A stretch of DNA of 64,000 bases, taken from NCBI GenBank assembly GCA_964457865.1, contig CAYWHG010000001.1:54193-118192 (forward strand), written 5' to 3'. Below the pieces are notes generated by a model. The model did not search any database. It saw nothing but the letters and a program-made list of their open reading frames with translations, and was not told the origin of the DNA. Source of the DNA: an uncultured Steroidobacter sp. GTDB lineage: Bacteria > Pseudomonadota > Gammaproteobacteria > Steroidobacterales > Steroidobacteraceae. Each line of letters opens with the position of its first letter. Position 1 is the stretch's first letter. The position numbers and the translations under genes were made by a program. This document shows positions 63,473-64,000 of this stretch, piece after piece.

Positions 63473-64000
63473 ATGACCAATGCCGCGAAGTTCCGTTCTC
63501 TACTATCCGCCGGACGGATGATTGTTGCACCCGGCGCCTTCGACGCGATATCTGCCCGCGCCATCACGCAGGCCGGTTTTCCAGCCGTGTACATGACGGG
63601 TGCCGGCACGTCGCTGACACTGGGCTATCCCGACTATGGCCTGATCACGATGACCGAAATGGTGGCCAATGCCACTCGCATCGTGAACTCGATCGATGTC
63701 CCCCTGATCAGCGACAGCGACACGGGCTACGGCAACGAATTGAATGTCTTTCGCACGGTGCAGGAATTCGAGCGCGCCGGTGTCGCGGCGATTCACATCG
63801 AGGATCAGGTGTTCCCGAAGAAGTGCGGTCATCTCGACAACAAGGAGATGGTCAGCCGCGAGGACTACGTCGCGAAGATTCGCGCTGCTGCGGCGGCGCG
63901 CAAATCGAAGGATTTCTGCATCATCGCGCGCACCGACTCTCGCGCCTCGCTGGGGCTGGACGAGGCGGTGACGCGTATGAATCTCGCGCTTGCGAATGGC
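63473..64000 (+). CDS. Isocitrate lyase/PEP mutase family lyase, 3'-truncated by the window end (absent from the ORF track)
   Basis: MTNAAKFRSLL..APGAFDAISAR..DSDTGYGN..HIEDQVFPKKCGH..IIARTD, open to the window end. Confidence 0.88.
   Translation, partial: MTNAAKFRSLLSAGRMIVAPGAFDAISARAITQAGFPAVYMTGAGTSLTLGYPDYGLITMTEMVANATRIVNSIDVPLISDSDTGYGNELNVFRTVQEFERAGVAAIHIEDQVFPKKCGHLDNKEMVSREDYVAKIRAAAAARKSKDFCIIARTDSRASLGLDEAVTRMNLALANG

Noticed and set aside
1-64000. CRISPR arrays, IS elements, integrases, prophage, rRNA
   Set aside because: No regularly spaced direct repeats, transposase or integrase motifs, or rRNA-like segments seen by eye.

Overview
GC-rich, proteobacterial-style chromosomal region packed with catabolic genes. 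I found no rRNA, tRNA, CRISPR array, transposase or phage gene. In order: a 5'-truncated PQQ/heme alcohol dehydrogenase with an FAH-family gene and an MFS transporter; a homoprotocatechuate (hpa) meta-cleavage cluster ending in a two-subunit LigAB/CarB-type dioxygenase; a MetE-like gene remnant; an 8-gene minus-strand operon (acyl-CoA dehydrogenase, CoA transferase, LeuC/LeuD-like hydratase, ICL/PEP-mutase-family lyase, MDR dehydrogenase, two CMD-like proteins) divergent from nicD-like, isochorismatase-like and IclR genes; secreted hydrolases with an MFS; an uncharacterised DUF1592-DUF1552-COG4315-orphan operon converging on a HiPIP and triheme cytochrome c pair; TonB receptor, GPH transporter, 2OG-Fe(II) oxygenase, esterase, gabD and IOR; a divergent leuB; coxG; a flavin monooxygenase divergent from a Mo-hydroxylase large subunit and a nicX-like dioxygenase; and a tesB-pimA-SDR-MaoC acyl-CoA cluster. 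Main discoveries: (1) a 32-bp promoter/operator is duplicated at 31/32 identity 35 kb apart, and related operators built on one half-site (ATGnGAAY) recur in about ten intergenic regions, apparently tying scattered genes into one regulon; (2) that regulon looks like a variant pyridine (maleamate) pathway with no maleate isomerase in the window, using LeuCD-like, lyase and LeuB-like steps, with altered NicX and isochorismatase active sites; (3) an exported heme/Fe-S DUF1592-DUF1552 system of unknown function sits in the same region. All family assignments are by motif recognition and recall, not database searches. Several start codons were re-chosen by eye.
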